From assembly GCA_963823555.1 (NCBI GenBank), contig CAWGMA010000003.1:788214-852213 (forward strand): DNA of 64,000 nucleotides, written 5' to 3'. Origin of the DNA: Candidatus Eiseniibacteriota bacterium (GTDB lineage: Bacteria > Eisenbacteria > RBG-16-71-46 > CAVPCR01). The number at the start of each line of letters is the position of its first letter. The first letter of the stretch is position 1. This document shows positions 1 to 9,189 of this stretch, piece by piece. The notes below the pieces were generated by a model, which was not told the origin of the DNA, searched no databases, and worked only from the letters and a program-made list of their open reading frames with translations. A program made the position numbers and the translations under genes.

Positions 1-495
1 CGATTCGGCCGCCACGAGCAGGAAGAGTGCCGGAGCGCCCCCGAAGACGGTCCCGAGATACGTGGCGCCCAGCTGAGCCACGTCGGCGGGTACGCCGAGG
101 AGGCCGAAGAGAGGCCCGGTCAGCGGGCGGATCGCGAGCGCGAAGAGGAGCCCGAGGCCGAGCGCGGCAAGCACCCCCTGGGCCGCCGCATGCGCGGCGC
201 GCTCCCGGCGGCCCTCGCCCAGGGCGCGCGCCACCTGGGCCACGATGCCGATGCCGACAGCTTCGGCGAGCGAGGTCATGGTCCAGGTGGCGAAGATCGA
301 GGTCACGAGCGCGGCGCTCGCCGCCGCCCCCAGCCGGCCCACCCAGAACAGGTTGATCAAGTGATAGCCGACGTGAACCGCCTCGAGGGCGAGCACCGGC
401 CCGGCGATGCGTAGGATCGCCGGGAGGAGCGGGCCGCGGAGGAGATCGGATCTCCCCGCGCCGGGTGCGGTCACCGCCGGGTCGGGCGTGCTCAA
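1..495 (-). CDS. MATE family efflux transporter (N-terminal part, runs off window start)
   Basis: Not in the ORF track. Manual translation from TTG at 495 (overlapping the M20 stop) gives DLLRGPLLPAILRIAGP...INLFWVGRLGAAASAAL...VAQVARALGEGRRERA, the typical MATE N-terminus; frame is open to base 1. Confidence 0.85.
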   Translation of the reverse strand, partial: MSTPDPAVTAPGAGRSDLLRGPLLPAILRIAGPVLALEAVHVGYHLINLFWVGRLGAAASAALVTSIFATWTMTSLAEAVGIGIVAQVARALGEGRRERAAHAAAQGVLAALGLGLLFALAIRPLTGPLFGLLGVPADVAQLGATYLGTVFGGAPALFLLVAAES

Positions 496-1874
496 GCGCG
501 GGTCGATCCAGCGTAGGCGGCGAAGGTGTGCACGAACGCACGCATTCCCCCGGCTGCCTGTTGCCAGTCGAAGAACTCATCCGGGGCGTGATAGCCGTGC
601 TCGGGAAGGCTCAGCGGCAGGAATGCGATGGGCACCCGGAGCCTGTCGGCCAGGATGCTGACCGCACCGATCGACCCGCCTTCACGCACCGGAACCGGAT
701 CGCGGCCGAAAGCGCGTGCCATCCCGGTCTTCACTGCCGCCGCGGCCGGTCCGTCGAGCCGTCCCGTGTAGGGCGCGAGACGGCCGGTGGCCACCACCTC
801 CACGTCGGGGTTCACCGCGGCCACGAACTCCCGGAGGCGGGCCTCGATCCGCGCCGGGTCCTGCCCGTGGACCAGGCGGAAGCTCACCTTGAGCTCGCCC
901 TCCCGCGGCACGGCGGTCTTGACCCCGGGCCCCACGTAGCCGCCGGCCAGGCCATGGACCTCGAAGGTGGGGCGGGTCCAGAGGCGGAGCATCATCTCGA
1001 GCGGAACTTCCGTCTCGAGCTTGTCCAGGGCATAGGCGCGCTTGAAGTAGTCGACATCGAAGCCGCAGGCCATGAAGCCGGCGATCTCCTCGGCCGTGGG
1101 CGCGATCATGCCCTCATGCCAGAAACGTGACCCGTTGATTGCTGCGACAAGAAGTGAAAGTTCGCGGAGCGGATTCCGGGCCACCCCGCCGGTCATTCCG
1201 GAGTGCGCCTCCTTGGCGGCGGTGTGCAGGCGGAGAATCGCATTGAGCGATCCCCTCAGGCTGTAGGACATGGCGGGCACGGCGGCATTCGGCCACAGGG
1301 AGTCGGAGACGATGACGCAGTCGGCGGCAAATCCCTTCCGCTGCGTCATCCGCGTCACGACCTCGGCGAAGTGCGGGCTCCCGATCTCCTCCTCGGTTTC
1401 CCAGATGAAGCGGACTGCGATCGGAATACCGTGCGTGGCGGCGTAGGCGGCGGCCCGCAACGCGGCGAGCGCCGGGCCCTTGTCGTCGGTGGTCCCGCGG
1501 CCGCAGTAGAGGAAGCGTCGCTCCCGGTGGTCCTCGACCGCGAAGCGGAAGGGCTCGCCGCGGGTCCAGGTGGCGAGATCGGCCGGCTGCACATCGAGAT
1601 GGTTGTAGATGAGGATCGAGGCGCGTGCGTTCTCGGGCACGAACCCGCCGACCACCGCCGGGGTGCCCCCGGTTTCGATCAGCTCGGCCTCGCCGCCGAG
1701 GTCGCGGATCATGTCGCGCGCCGCCTCGGCACCGCGGCGGATGTCGTCCTCGCGGCCGCCCCCGGGACTCACCGTCGGGATCTCGACGAGCGTGCGCAGG
1801 CACCCGCGGAACCAGGGCTCGGAATCGGCCACATGAAGGTCGAGCGCGTGCGGATCGATGGGGGTCTGGGACAT
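492..1874 (-). CDS. M20/M25/M40 family metallo-dipeptidase
   Basis: YNHLDVQP, GRGTTDDKG, EEEIGS, EGGSIG and YHAPDE motifs; start placed at ATG 1874 behind an AAGGAG RBS. Confidence 0.9.
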   Translation of the reverse strand: MSQTPIDPHALDLHVADSEPWFRGCLRTLVEIPTVSPGGGREDDIRRGAEAARDMIRDLGGEAELIETGGTPAVVGGFVPENARASILIYNHLDVQPADLATWTRGEPFRFAVEDHRERRFLYCGRGTTDDKGPALAALRAAAYAATHGIPIAVRFIWETEEEIGSPHFAEVVTRMTQRKGFAADCVIVSDSLWPNAAVPAMSYSLRGSLNAILRLHTAAKEAHSGMTGGVARNPLRELSLLVAAINGSRFWHEGMIAPTAEEIAGFMACGFDVDYFKRAYALDKLETEVPLEMMLRLWTRPTFEVHGLAGGYVGPGVKTAVPREGELKVSFRLVHGQDPARIEARLREFVAAVNPDVEVVATGRLAPYTGRLDGPAAAAVKTGMARAFGRDPVPVREGGSIGAVSILADRLRVPIAFLPLSLPEHGYHAPDEFFDWQQAAGGMRAFVHTFAAYAGSTRA

Positions 1875-1914
1875 GCGTTGGGATCTCCTTGCTGGGTGAT
1901 GTGCCGCCGCGGAG

Positions 1915-1920
1915 TATAAT
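1915..1920 (+). promoter_or_regulatory. Putative sigma70 -10 element (TATAAT)
   Basis: Perfect TATAAT in a very GC-rich divergent intergenic gap, 9 nt before ATG 1930. Confidence 0.45.
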
Positions 1921-1929
1921 CGACCGCCG

Positions 1930-3288
1930 ATGACTCGACGATCGCACATGGGGCGCGGACCGCGGGGAGAGCGACCGGCCGAAGGGCCGCGGATGGTGTT
2001 CGCCGACGCCGCAGGCCGCATCTACGACCATCCCGAGCTCGGGATGGCCGGCGTGGATGGTGGCGAGCCCGCGCCCGTGCCAGCGCCGGACCTCCTGCCG
2101 CTGCCGCGCGGGAGCGATCTCTTCACGCTCCCCGGCCGGAGTCCGATCGGCATCGATCCGGGAACGGGGCGCGCCGTCGAATACACGGGTGACGGAACGG
2201 CCGGACCGATCGATGCCGTCGCCGCTTTCCTCGCCCCCGCGCACACGCTCACCCTGACGCCGGCCTACGCGACCCGGTCCGGCGCTCCAGCGCTACCCCT
2301 CTTCGCCTACTCCGCCGTCGGCTTTCGGGACGGCGAGTTCGTCGCCACCGGGTTCCGCGTCGATCCCGACATCCGCCAGGATCCCTGGCGCTTCGACCCC
2401 AAGCGGCTCGCGAAGCAGGTCGCCGCACGGATGGCGACGGCGGGGGAGAACCAGGTGATCCAGCAGCTCGAGCGCTGTGCTCTCGAGTACAACTGCCGGG
2501 CCGCGCAGAACTACTTCATCGGACGGCACGAGGCACCGCTGCCGACGAGCGTCACCTGCAATTCGCTCTGTGTGGGCTGCATCTCGCTCCAGGCGGACGG
2601 CTCGTTCAAGGCGAGCCATGATCGACTGGGGCGGGCGCCGAGCGCCGAGGACGTGGCCGAGGTCGCGCTGGAGCACATTGCGCGGGTGCCGGAGGCGGTC
2701 GTGAGCTTCGGCCAGGGCTGCGAGGGGGAGCCGCTCCTGAACGCCCAGCTCCTCATCCGGTCGGTCGAGCTCATTCGTGCGGCCACCGACGCCGGCACCA
2801 TCAATCTCAACTCGAACGCCTCGAAGCCGGACGTGGTGGCCGCTCTCGCCGCGACCGGTCTCGACTCGATCCGGGTGAGCCTCAACAGCGCGCGTCCCGA
2901 TGTCTACGCCGCCTATTACCGCCCGCAGAAGTACTCGTTCGCGGATGTCGTGGCGTCGATGCAGGAGATGAAGGAGCGCGGCCGCTATCTCTCGATCAAT
3001 TACCTCGTCTTCCCCGGGGTCACCGACAACGAGGAGGAGCTCTCGGCGCTCGTGGATCTCATCGCCGAGACCGACCTCGACCTGGTGCAGATGCGTAACC
3101 TGAACATCGATCCCGAGGTCTACCAGGCGGCCCTCCCTGCCGGCACCATGCGCCAGGGCTTCGGGCTCAGGCGCGTCATGACGGAGCTCCGCGCCCGCTT
3201 CCCGCAACTCCGTTTCGGTTACTTCAATCCGCCGAAGGAGCGCTACGCCGCCTTCCGCACCGAACCGGCACCGGCTCTGTTCGGCTAG
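1930..3288 (+). CDS. Radical SAM protein, uncharacterised family
   Basis: CNSLCVGC (CxxxCxxC), SFGQGCEGEP, IRVSLNS; start could also be 1948 or 1993. Confidence 0.85.
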   Translation: MTRRSHMGRGPRGERPAEGPRMVFADAAGRIYDHPELGMAGVDGGEPAPVPAPDLLPLPRGSDLFTLPGRSPIGIDPGTGRAVEYTGDGTAGPIDAVAAFLAPAHTLTLTPAYATRSGAPALPLFAYSAVGFRDGEFVATGFRVDPDIRQDPWRFDPKRLAKQVAARMATAGENQVIQQLERCALEYNCRAAQNYFIGRHEAPLPTSVTCNSLCVGCISLQADGSFKASHDRLGRAPSAEDVAEVALEHIARVPEAVVSFGQGCEGEPLLNAQLLIRSVELIRAATDAGTINLNSNASKPDVVAALAATGLDSIRVSLNSARPDVYAAYYRPQKYSFADVVASMQEMKERGRYLSINYLVFPGVTDNEEELSALVDLIAETDLDLVQMRNLNIDPEVYQAALPAGTMRQGFGLRRVMTELRARFPQLRFGYFNPPKERYAAFRTEPAPALFG

Positions 3289-3320
3289 CACCCGGGACTC
3301 GACCGGACTACACTCCGCCC

Positions 3321-4283
3321 ATGGCCACGACCACAGGCACCCGCCGCCGCAAGAAGAAGACCGCCCCCGAATCGGCCGGGCTCGTTCCACTCGAGACGCG
3401 AGCCGATCCGCCGCCGCCGATCAGCGAGCTTGCCGCCCAGGTCGAGGCCGATGGCGGTTGTGTGCATTCGATCTATCGGGATCCCTTCGGGGGACGCTGG
3501 CTCCTTTTCGTCGTGCTCCCTCTCGATCGCGTCATCGCGAGCCCCTTCCAGCGCGATCCATCCGCCACGCATGTCGGGCGATTGCAGGGGGTGATCGAGA
3601 AGATCGGACGTTTCCTCGATCCCATCATCGTGGTCCGCAACCCCGAGGGCAATTACTGGACGCCGAACGGCAACCACCGTCTGGAGGCGCTGCGCGCCCT
3701 CGGTGCCCGCTCGGTGTCCGCGCTCCTTCTCCCCGAGCACGAGATGGTGTACACGATCCTCGCCCTCAACACCGAGAAGGCGCACAACCTGAAGGAGAAG
3801 GCCCTCGAGGTGATTCGCATGGCGCGCGACATCGCCGCGCTGCGGTCGGGCTCGGAGCTCCAGTACGCCTTCGCCTTCGAGGAGCCGGCGTTCCTCACCC
3901 TCGGCATCTGTTACGAGAAGCGGCCGCGATTCGCCGGCGGGGCCTACCACCCGGTGCTGCGCCGGGTGGATGAGTTCCAGGAGGCGGAGCTCCCGGCGGC
4001 GCTCGAGACGCGCACGGGATGGGCGGAGAAGCTGCTCCAGCTCGATGATCGCGTGACCGAGATCGTAGCCGAGCTCAAGGAGCGCGGATTCGTGAGCCCC
4101 TATCTCAAGGCCTTCGTCGTGGCCCGCGTCAATCCCCTCCGCTTCCAGCGCGGCGCCACGGCCGAGCTCGAGCCCACGCTCGAGAAGATGCTGGCCGCGG
4201 CCCAGCGCTTCGACGCCGGCCGGATCCGGGAAAAGGATCTCGCGGGAACCGGTGGCCCGCCGCCGGCGGAGGGCGAGGATTGA
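3321..4283 (+). CDS. ParB N-terminal (ParB/Srx-like) domain protein
   Basis: FQRD...GRFLDPIIVV...WTPNGNHRLEAL resembles the ParB box with a GxHR variant. Confidence 0.75.
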   Translation: MATTTGTRRRKKKTAPESAGLVPLETRADPPPPISELAAQVEADGGCVHSIYRDPFGGRWLLFVVLPLDRVIASPFQRDPSATHVGRLQGVIEKIGRFLDPIIVVRNPEGNYWTPNGNHRLEALRALGARSVSALLLPEHEMVYTILALNTEKAHNLKEKALEVIRMARDIAALRSGSELQYAFAFEEPAFLTLGICYEKRPRFAGGAYHPVLRRVDEFQEAELPAALETRTGWAEKLLQLDDRVTEIVAELKERGFVSPYLKAFVVARVNPLRFQRGATAELEPTLEKMLAAAQRFDAGRIREKDLAGTGGPPPAEGED

Positions 4284-5164
4284 TCACGCTCCTGGTCGCG
4301 GGACTGGTCGCGCTGTTCGCCGGAGCCCCGGTCGATTCGACTTACGTCGCCACGATCCTCGCTGAGCGCACGGAGCGCGAAGCGCGGCTCAGGGCCGACG
4401 ATGGCTGGCTCACCGTCGCCGGTCTCCACTGGTTCATGCCCGGCGAGAACTCCTGCGGCACCGATCGCGGCAACACGATCATCCTGCCCGCCGGCTCGGC
4501 GCCGGCCGCGGTCGGTCGCTTCATCCTCCGCGGGGACTCGGTCGGGGTCGAGGTGCTCCCCGGCGTGCCGGTCACCTGCGACGGGCGGCCGGTGACGCAG
4601 ATGACTCTCCGGAGCGACGAGGAGGGTCGGCCCGACGTGCTGGTCCTCGACCAGCTTCGTCTCTTCGTCATCAGGCGAACCCGGGGGCTGGCCCTGCGCG
4701 TCCGCTATCTCGATGCACCGGCGCGCCGCGAGTTCCAGGGCCTCGACTACTTCGCGGTGGATCCCTCATGGCGGATCGAAGCTCGCTTCGTGCCCTATGA
4801 CCCGCCGCGGCCGATCGTGATTCCGAGCGTGATCGGCACCGTGGACACCGTCCTGGCACCGGGATGCGTCGAGTTCGAACGTGGTGGCGAAACGTACCGC
4901 CTCGATCCGGCGAGCGATTCCACCGCCGACGGACTCTTCTTCATCTTCAAGGACGAGACGAGCGGGGTCGAGACCTATCCCCCGGGACGCTTCCTCTCGA
5001 CCGATCCTCCAGCCGGTGGCACGGTGGTGCTCGATTTCAACCGGGCGGTGAGTCCGCCCTGCGCCTACACCGAATACGCCACCTGCCCCCTGCCGCCGCT
5101 CCAGAATGCCCTCGCGCTCCGTATCCCGGCCGGCGAGAAGCTGACTCCCGGCCACCATCCCTGA
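4280..5164 (+). CDS. DUF1684 domain protein, probably exported
   Basis: GWLTVAGLHW, FKDETSGVETYPPGRFL, LDFNRAVSPPCAYTEYATCPLPP; hydrophobic N-terminus. Confidence 0.85.
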   Translation: MITLLVAGLVALFAGAPVDSTYVATILAERTEREARLRADDGWLTVAGLHWFMPGENSCGTDRGNTIILPAGSAPAAVGRFILRGDSVGVEVLPGVPVTCDGRPVTQMTLRSDEEGRPDVLVLDQLRLFVIRRTRGLALRVRYLDAPARREFQGLDYFAVDPSWRIEARFVPYDPPRPIVIPSVIGTVDTVLAPGCVEFERGGETYRLDPASDSTADGLFFIFKDETSGVETYPPGRFLSTDPPAGGTVVLDFNRAVSPPCAYTEYATCPLPPLQNALALRIPAGEKLTPGHHP

Positions 5165-5168
5165 CCGC

Positions 5169-5197
5169 TTGAGCCGGGACGCCGCCTCGGGTAGCAT
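5169..5197 (+). promoter_or_regulatory. Putative sigma70 promoter TTGAGC-N17-TAGCAT
   Basis: Hexamers with 17-nt spacing upstream of the S8 gene. Confidence 0.35.
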
Positions 5198-5292
5198 CTC
5201 CGGCGGCGCGGATCTACGAGCTCGTTCTGCGCCCTCCTCTCGCCTTGATTCCAGACGAGCCTCGACAACGCACCTACGGCAAGGAGGCCTCG

Positions 5293-8103
5293 ATGCGATC
5301 CCGCACTCGCCTCGCTGCGTTGCTCGTCCTCGGCGGTTGGCTCTCGGTCCCGTGGTTTTCCACCCCGTGGATCGCGGGCCCTGCATCCGCCGCACCGCTC
5401 CCACCCAGCGCCCCGGCTCTGCCGGTCCCCGCGCCGGGTGACGTCCCCGTCACTCCCGAGGGCCAGCTTCCGCTGGTGCTCGAGACCACGGCCGGCGGCG
5501 CCATCGCGCTGGCCGCGCGCGTCCAGGAGCTGGGCGGGCACGTCGAGTACAGCTTCGAGACCATGCCTGCTCTGGCGGTGACCGTCCCCGCCACCCGCGT
5601 GCATGAGCTCCTCGGCGATGCACAGGTTATCGCGGTCGAGCGCCAGAAGTGGATTCACCGGGCGGTCTCGACGGTGGAGCTTCCCGGCATCGGCCGCATC
5701 GAGGACGGCGCGTTCCATGTCGTCGATCTCGCTGCGAAGACGTTCCCCGTTTCTCGCGGAGAGCTCCGCCGCGGCGGCGGCAGCGAGCTGGCGACCTTTC
5801 TGGGGTACGACGCCATGATCGGCGCCACCGAGGTGTGGGAGGACGCGGATTTCGGTGAGGGCGCGATCGTCGTCGTCGTCGATACCGGTGTCTTCCCCGA
5901 CCATCCGCTGATCGCCGGCAGCGTGATCGGCGGCGAGAACCTGGTGCCGGCGGAGGACGAGGAGCGGATCGATCACGACCACGATGGTACGCCGGATGGC
6001 CGCTCCTTCGACTGGAACGCCATCCAGAACCATGACCATGGCACCTTCGTGTCGGGCCTCATCGCCGGTCATGCCGATCTCGTGATGCCGCTCGAGAGCC
6101 AGCTCGCGCAGTCGCTCCTCATCCACAGTCCGGAATCGATCGACTCGGTGGATGTGACCATGGGGCGGGTGAGCCTCATGGGCATGGCGCCGGCTGCCTC
6201 CATCTATGCGATGAAGGTCTTTCCCTACGACGGCGGCAGCGCTCCGGACGCGCGCGTGGCCGCAGCGCTCGATCGCGTGATCGAGATGAAGCGCTCGGGC
6301 GAGCTCGCCGTCGATGTCGTCAACATGAGCCTCGGCGGCCCGACCCTGTGGGATGGCCGGAGCGTCCTCGATCGCATGGTGGACGCCGCAGTGGCCGAGG
6401 GCATCACGGTCGTGGTGGCGGCGGGGAACGAGGGGCCCGCTCTCGTGACCACCGGCAGCCCGGCCAACGCGTTTCGCGCGCTCGCCGTCGGCGGGGCGGT
6501 CGATCCCATCCATACCCGGGTCGGTATCGAGCAGCTCTTCGAGGGGGCGCCGATCGGCGTCGGCCAGCTCATCTACCCCTACGATGCGGTGCAGGTGGCC
6601 AACTTCTCGAGCCGCGGCTTGACCGGCGACGGACGCGTGAAGCCGGACCTTCTCGCCACCGGTCTTCTCAGCTTCTCCTCGGCGCTCTTCGATGTCGATA
6701 TGGACGGGCTCAATGACGTCCCCGGCTATGCCTTCGGCGTCGGCACCTCGTTCGCGACCCCGACCGTGGCCGGAGCGGCGGCACTGCTCGCCGCCTATGG
6801 CCGTTCGATCGGGGGACTCTCGGAGGCGCCGTACCTCGCCAACGTCCTCATGAGCCAGGCGCGACCGATCGCCGACTGGCGGCGCGTGCCGGAGGTCGAG
6901 CAGGGGAAGGGCTTCGTGCGCCTGCCGGAGGCCTTCGCCATGCTCCAGAACGGCCACGGGCAGAACCCGCCGCCGCGCAGCACGCGAAACGACGCGGTCA
7001 CCTACCTCGATGCGGGAGAGCACGGCATCGTCTCCGGACGCACGCGTGCTCTCGGTCCCGGCGAGACCCACACCTTCGTCATCGAGGTGCCGTGGAGCGT
7101 CAAGAGCTTCGACGTGAGCGTTCCCGAGGTCACGCTCGGGAGCGAGCAGAATCCGATCATCGGCGATCACCTCGAAATCCACGTCCACTCGGCGAAGCGC
7201 GGCGGGAACGGCGATTATCTCTTCGTCGATCCCGATGTGTCGCCCTTCGCCGGGTTCACCACGCATCGTCCGGAGTGGGGGCAGATCCGCGTCACCTTCG
7301 CCGGGAGCCTGACCAACTGGGGCCGCGCCGAGGCGCGCTTCACCCTCAAGACCAAGTCTGGATCGACGCCGGGCGTGCTGCGCGCAGAGGCCGCGCTCGG
7401 CAACGAGGGTGTCTGGGAAACCTCGGTCGACGTGCCGGAGGATCTGGCCGGTGTCGAGTTCTGGCTCTCCTGGGATCACGACTGGCGGACGCTTCCCACC
7501 TACGATCTCGATCTCCTGGCCATTGCGCCCGACGGCACCCCGCACCTGGGCGGGCTGTCGCTCAGGAGCCCCGAACACACGATGATCATCCATCCCATGC
7601 CCGGGACCTGGCAGCTTCGCGTCATGGACATGGACACGATCCGGGGATCCGAGTGGTTCCGCGTGCACTGGAAGACCCATCGCTTCTTCGATCCCGATGT
7701 CTACGAGAAGGACGAGGGTGGCGGGGAAGTGGAAGTGGGCGGTCGCGAGGTGGCTGCGGCACCGGTGGATGCCGCCGCGGCCGGGGCGCCTCAGGCCGGG
7801 CTCCTGACCGTGGGGCGGCCGGCCCTGGCCTTTCTCGGCGTGACCCCGAACCCGGCGCGACCGGAGGCCTCGATCCGCTTCGAGATCGGGAACGAGGGCG
7901 GCGGTGAGGTGCGGGTCGTGATCTTCGACTTGAGCGGCCGGCGGGTGCGGACGCTCCTCGAGCGGTCGCTCGAACCGGGCGTGCACACGGCCGAGTGGGA
8001 TGGCCGCGGCGATGACGGCGCCATCGTGGCGAGCGGAGTCTACTTCGCCCGCATCGAGGCGCCGGCGGGGACGGCGACGCGCAAGCTGGTCGTGGCCCGC
8101 TAG
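5293..8103 (+). CDS. Secreted S8 (subtilisin-like) serine peptidase with C-terminal FlgD-Ig/T9SS-like domain
   Basis: Catalytic motifs VVDTG, HDHGT, AAGNEG, GTSFATP; signal peptide; C-terminal TPNP...FDLSGRRVR...WDGR...SGVYF; AAGGAGG RBS before ATG 5293. Confidence 0.92.
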   Translation: MRSRTRLAALLVLGGWLSVPWFSTPWIAGPASAAPLPPSAPALPVPAPGDVPVTPEGQLPLVLETTAGGAIALAARVQELGGHVEYSFETMPALAVTVPATRVHELLGDAQVIAVERQKWIHRAVSTVELPGIGRIEDGAFHVVDLAAKTFPVSRGELRRGGGSELATFLGYDAMIGATEVWEDADFGEGAIVVVVDTGVFPDHPLIAGSVIGGENLVPAEDEERIDHDHDGTPDGRSFDWNAIQNHDHGTFVSGLIAGHADLVMPLESQLAQSLLIHSPESIDSVDVTMGRVSLMGMAPAASIYAMKVFPYDGGSAPDARVAAALDRVIEMKRSGELAVDVVNMSLGGPTLWDGRSVLDRMVDAAVAEGITVVVAAGNEGPALVTTGSPANAFRALAVGGAVDPIHTRVGIEQLFEGAPIGVGQLIYPYDAVQVANFSSRGLTGDGRVKPDLLATGLLSFSSALFDVDMDGLNDVPGYAFGVGTSFATPTVAGAAALLAAYGRSIGGLSEAPYLANVLMSQARPIADWRRVPEVEQGKGFVRLPEAFAMLQNGHGQNPPPRSTRNDAVTYLDAGEHGIVSGRTRALGPGETHTFVIEVPWSVKSFDVSVPEVTLGSEQNPIIGDHLEIHVHSAKRGGNGDYLFVDPDVSPFAGFTTHRPEWGQIRVTFAGSLTNWGRAEARFTLKTKSGSTPGVLRAEAALGNEGVWETSVDVPEDLAGVEFWLSWDHDWRTLPTYDLDLLAIAPDGTPHLGGLSLRSPEHTMIIHPMPGTWQLRVMDMDTIRGSEWFRVHWKTHRFFDPDVYEKDEGGGEVEVGGREVAAAPVDAAAAGAPQAGLLTVGRPALAFLGVTPNPARPEASIRFEIGNEGGGEVRVVIFDLSGRRVRTLLERSLEPGVHTAEWDGRGDDGAIVASGVYFARIEAPAGTATRKLVVAR

Positions 8104-8114
8104 GACGCGAGGAG

Positions 8115-9104
8115 GTGGCGGCGGTGGCTTCCCCCGGATCCCCGGCGATCGAGCTCTCCCGGGCTCGGCTCGACGAGGTGCGCCGCCGCCTCTCCGCTCG
8201 CGTCCATCGCACTCCGGTCATCGGGAGCCGGCTCCTGTCGCAAGCGGCCGGCACCGAGCTCCTGCTCAAGGGTGAGCACCTGCAGCGCGGCGGCGCCTTC
8301 AAGATCCGCGGCGCGCTCAACTTCCTCCTCACCCTCGCCGAGGCGGAGCGCAGCCGCGGAGTGGTCACGGCCTCCTCGGGCAACCACGGGCAGGCGGTCG
8401 CCCTGGCCGCGCGCGAGCTCGGTGTGGCGGCCACGGTCGTCGTGCCCGAGGATATCTCCGGGGTCAAGGCCGGAGCGATCCACGACTACGGGGCCCGGAT
8501 CGAGGTCGCCGGGCGCTCGTCGTCGGCGCGTCTCGAGCGCGCGCGCGAGCTTGCGGCCTCGGGCCTGGTCTTCGTCCCGCCCTACGATCACGAGCGCATC
8601 ATCGAGGGTCAGGCCACGGCGGGCGCCGAGATCGTCGAGGATGCCCCGGGCATCGATGCGGTGGTGGTGCCTGTCGGCGGGGGAGGGCTCATCTCCGGGA
8701 TCGCGCTCGCGGTGAAGCTCCTTTCGCCCGCGGTCCGCGTCATCGGGGTCGAGACCGAGGCGGCGGACGACGCCCACCGGTCCTTCCATTGCGGCCAGCG
8801 CGTGCGCATCGAGCTCCCGGATACGATCGCCGACGGCATGCGCAATCTGGAGGTGGGAGATCTCAATTGGGAGGTGATCCGCACCCGCGTCGATGACATG
8901 GTCACCGTGTCCGAGGACGAGGTTATCGCCGCCATGCGATTGCTCCTGACGCGGGCCAAGGTCGTGGCCGAGCCGACCGGGGCCGTGGCCCCGGCGGCTG
9001 TGCTCGGGGGCAAGGTGCGCGGGGCGCGGGTGGTGGCGGTCGTGAGCGGCGGTAATCTGGACCTGACCTTTCTCGAACGATTGGCCGGCACGGACGGTGG
9101 CTAA
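8115..9104 (+). CDS. PLP-dependent threonine/serine dehydratase family protein
   Basis: GAFKIRGA (PLP lysine), SSGNHGQ, PVGGGGL, AEPTGA, SGGNLD; no C-terminal regulatory domain. Confidence 0.9.
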   Translation: MAAVASPGSPAIELSRARLDEVRRRLSARVHRTPVIGSRLLSQAAGTELLLKGEHLQRGGAFKIRGALNFLLTLAEAERSRGVVTASSGNHGQAVALAARELGVAATVVVPEDISGVKAGAIHDYGARIEVAGRSSSARLERARELAASGLVFVPPYDHERIIEGQATAGAEIVEDAPGIDAVVVPVGGGGLISGIALAVKLLSPAVRVIGVETEAADDAHRSFHCGQRVRIELPDTIADGMRNLEVGDLNWEVIRTRVDDMVTVSEDEVIAAMRLLLTRAKVVAEPTGAVAPAAVLGGKVRGARVVAVVSGGNLDLTFLERLAGTDGG

Positions 9105-9189
9105 GATCCCCCGGCGGCCGCCACACCTGATAGAATCGAATGCGGTAGTTTGCCCGGCCGCGCCGATCCCCTTGAGAAAGGACGCAGCC

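Noticed and set aside
5065..7986. 973-aa minus-strand ORF and similar long antisense ORFs (8923-11205, 22323-24749, 32623-34839, 34776-36848, 52220-54289, 58650-61292, 61577-63685)
   Set aside because: They lie opposite genes with clear family motifs and are the expected stop-poor shadow frames of high-GC DNA
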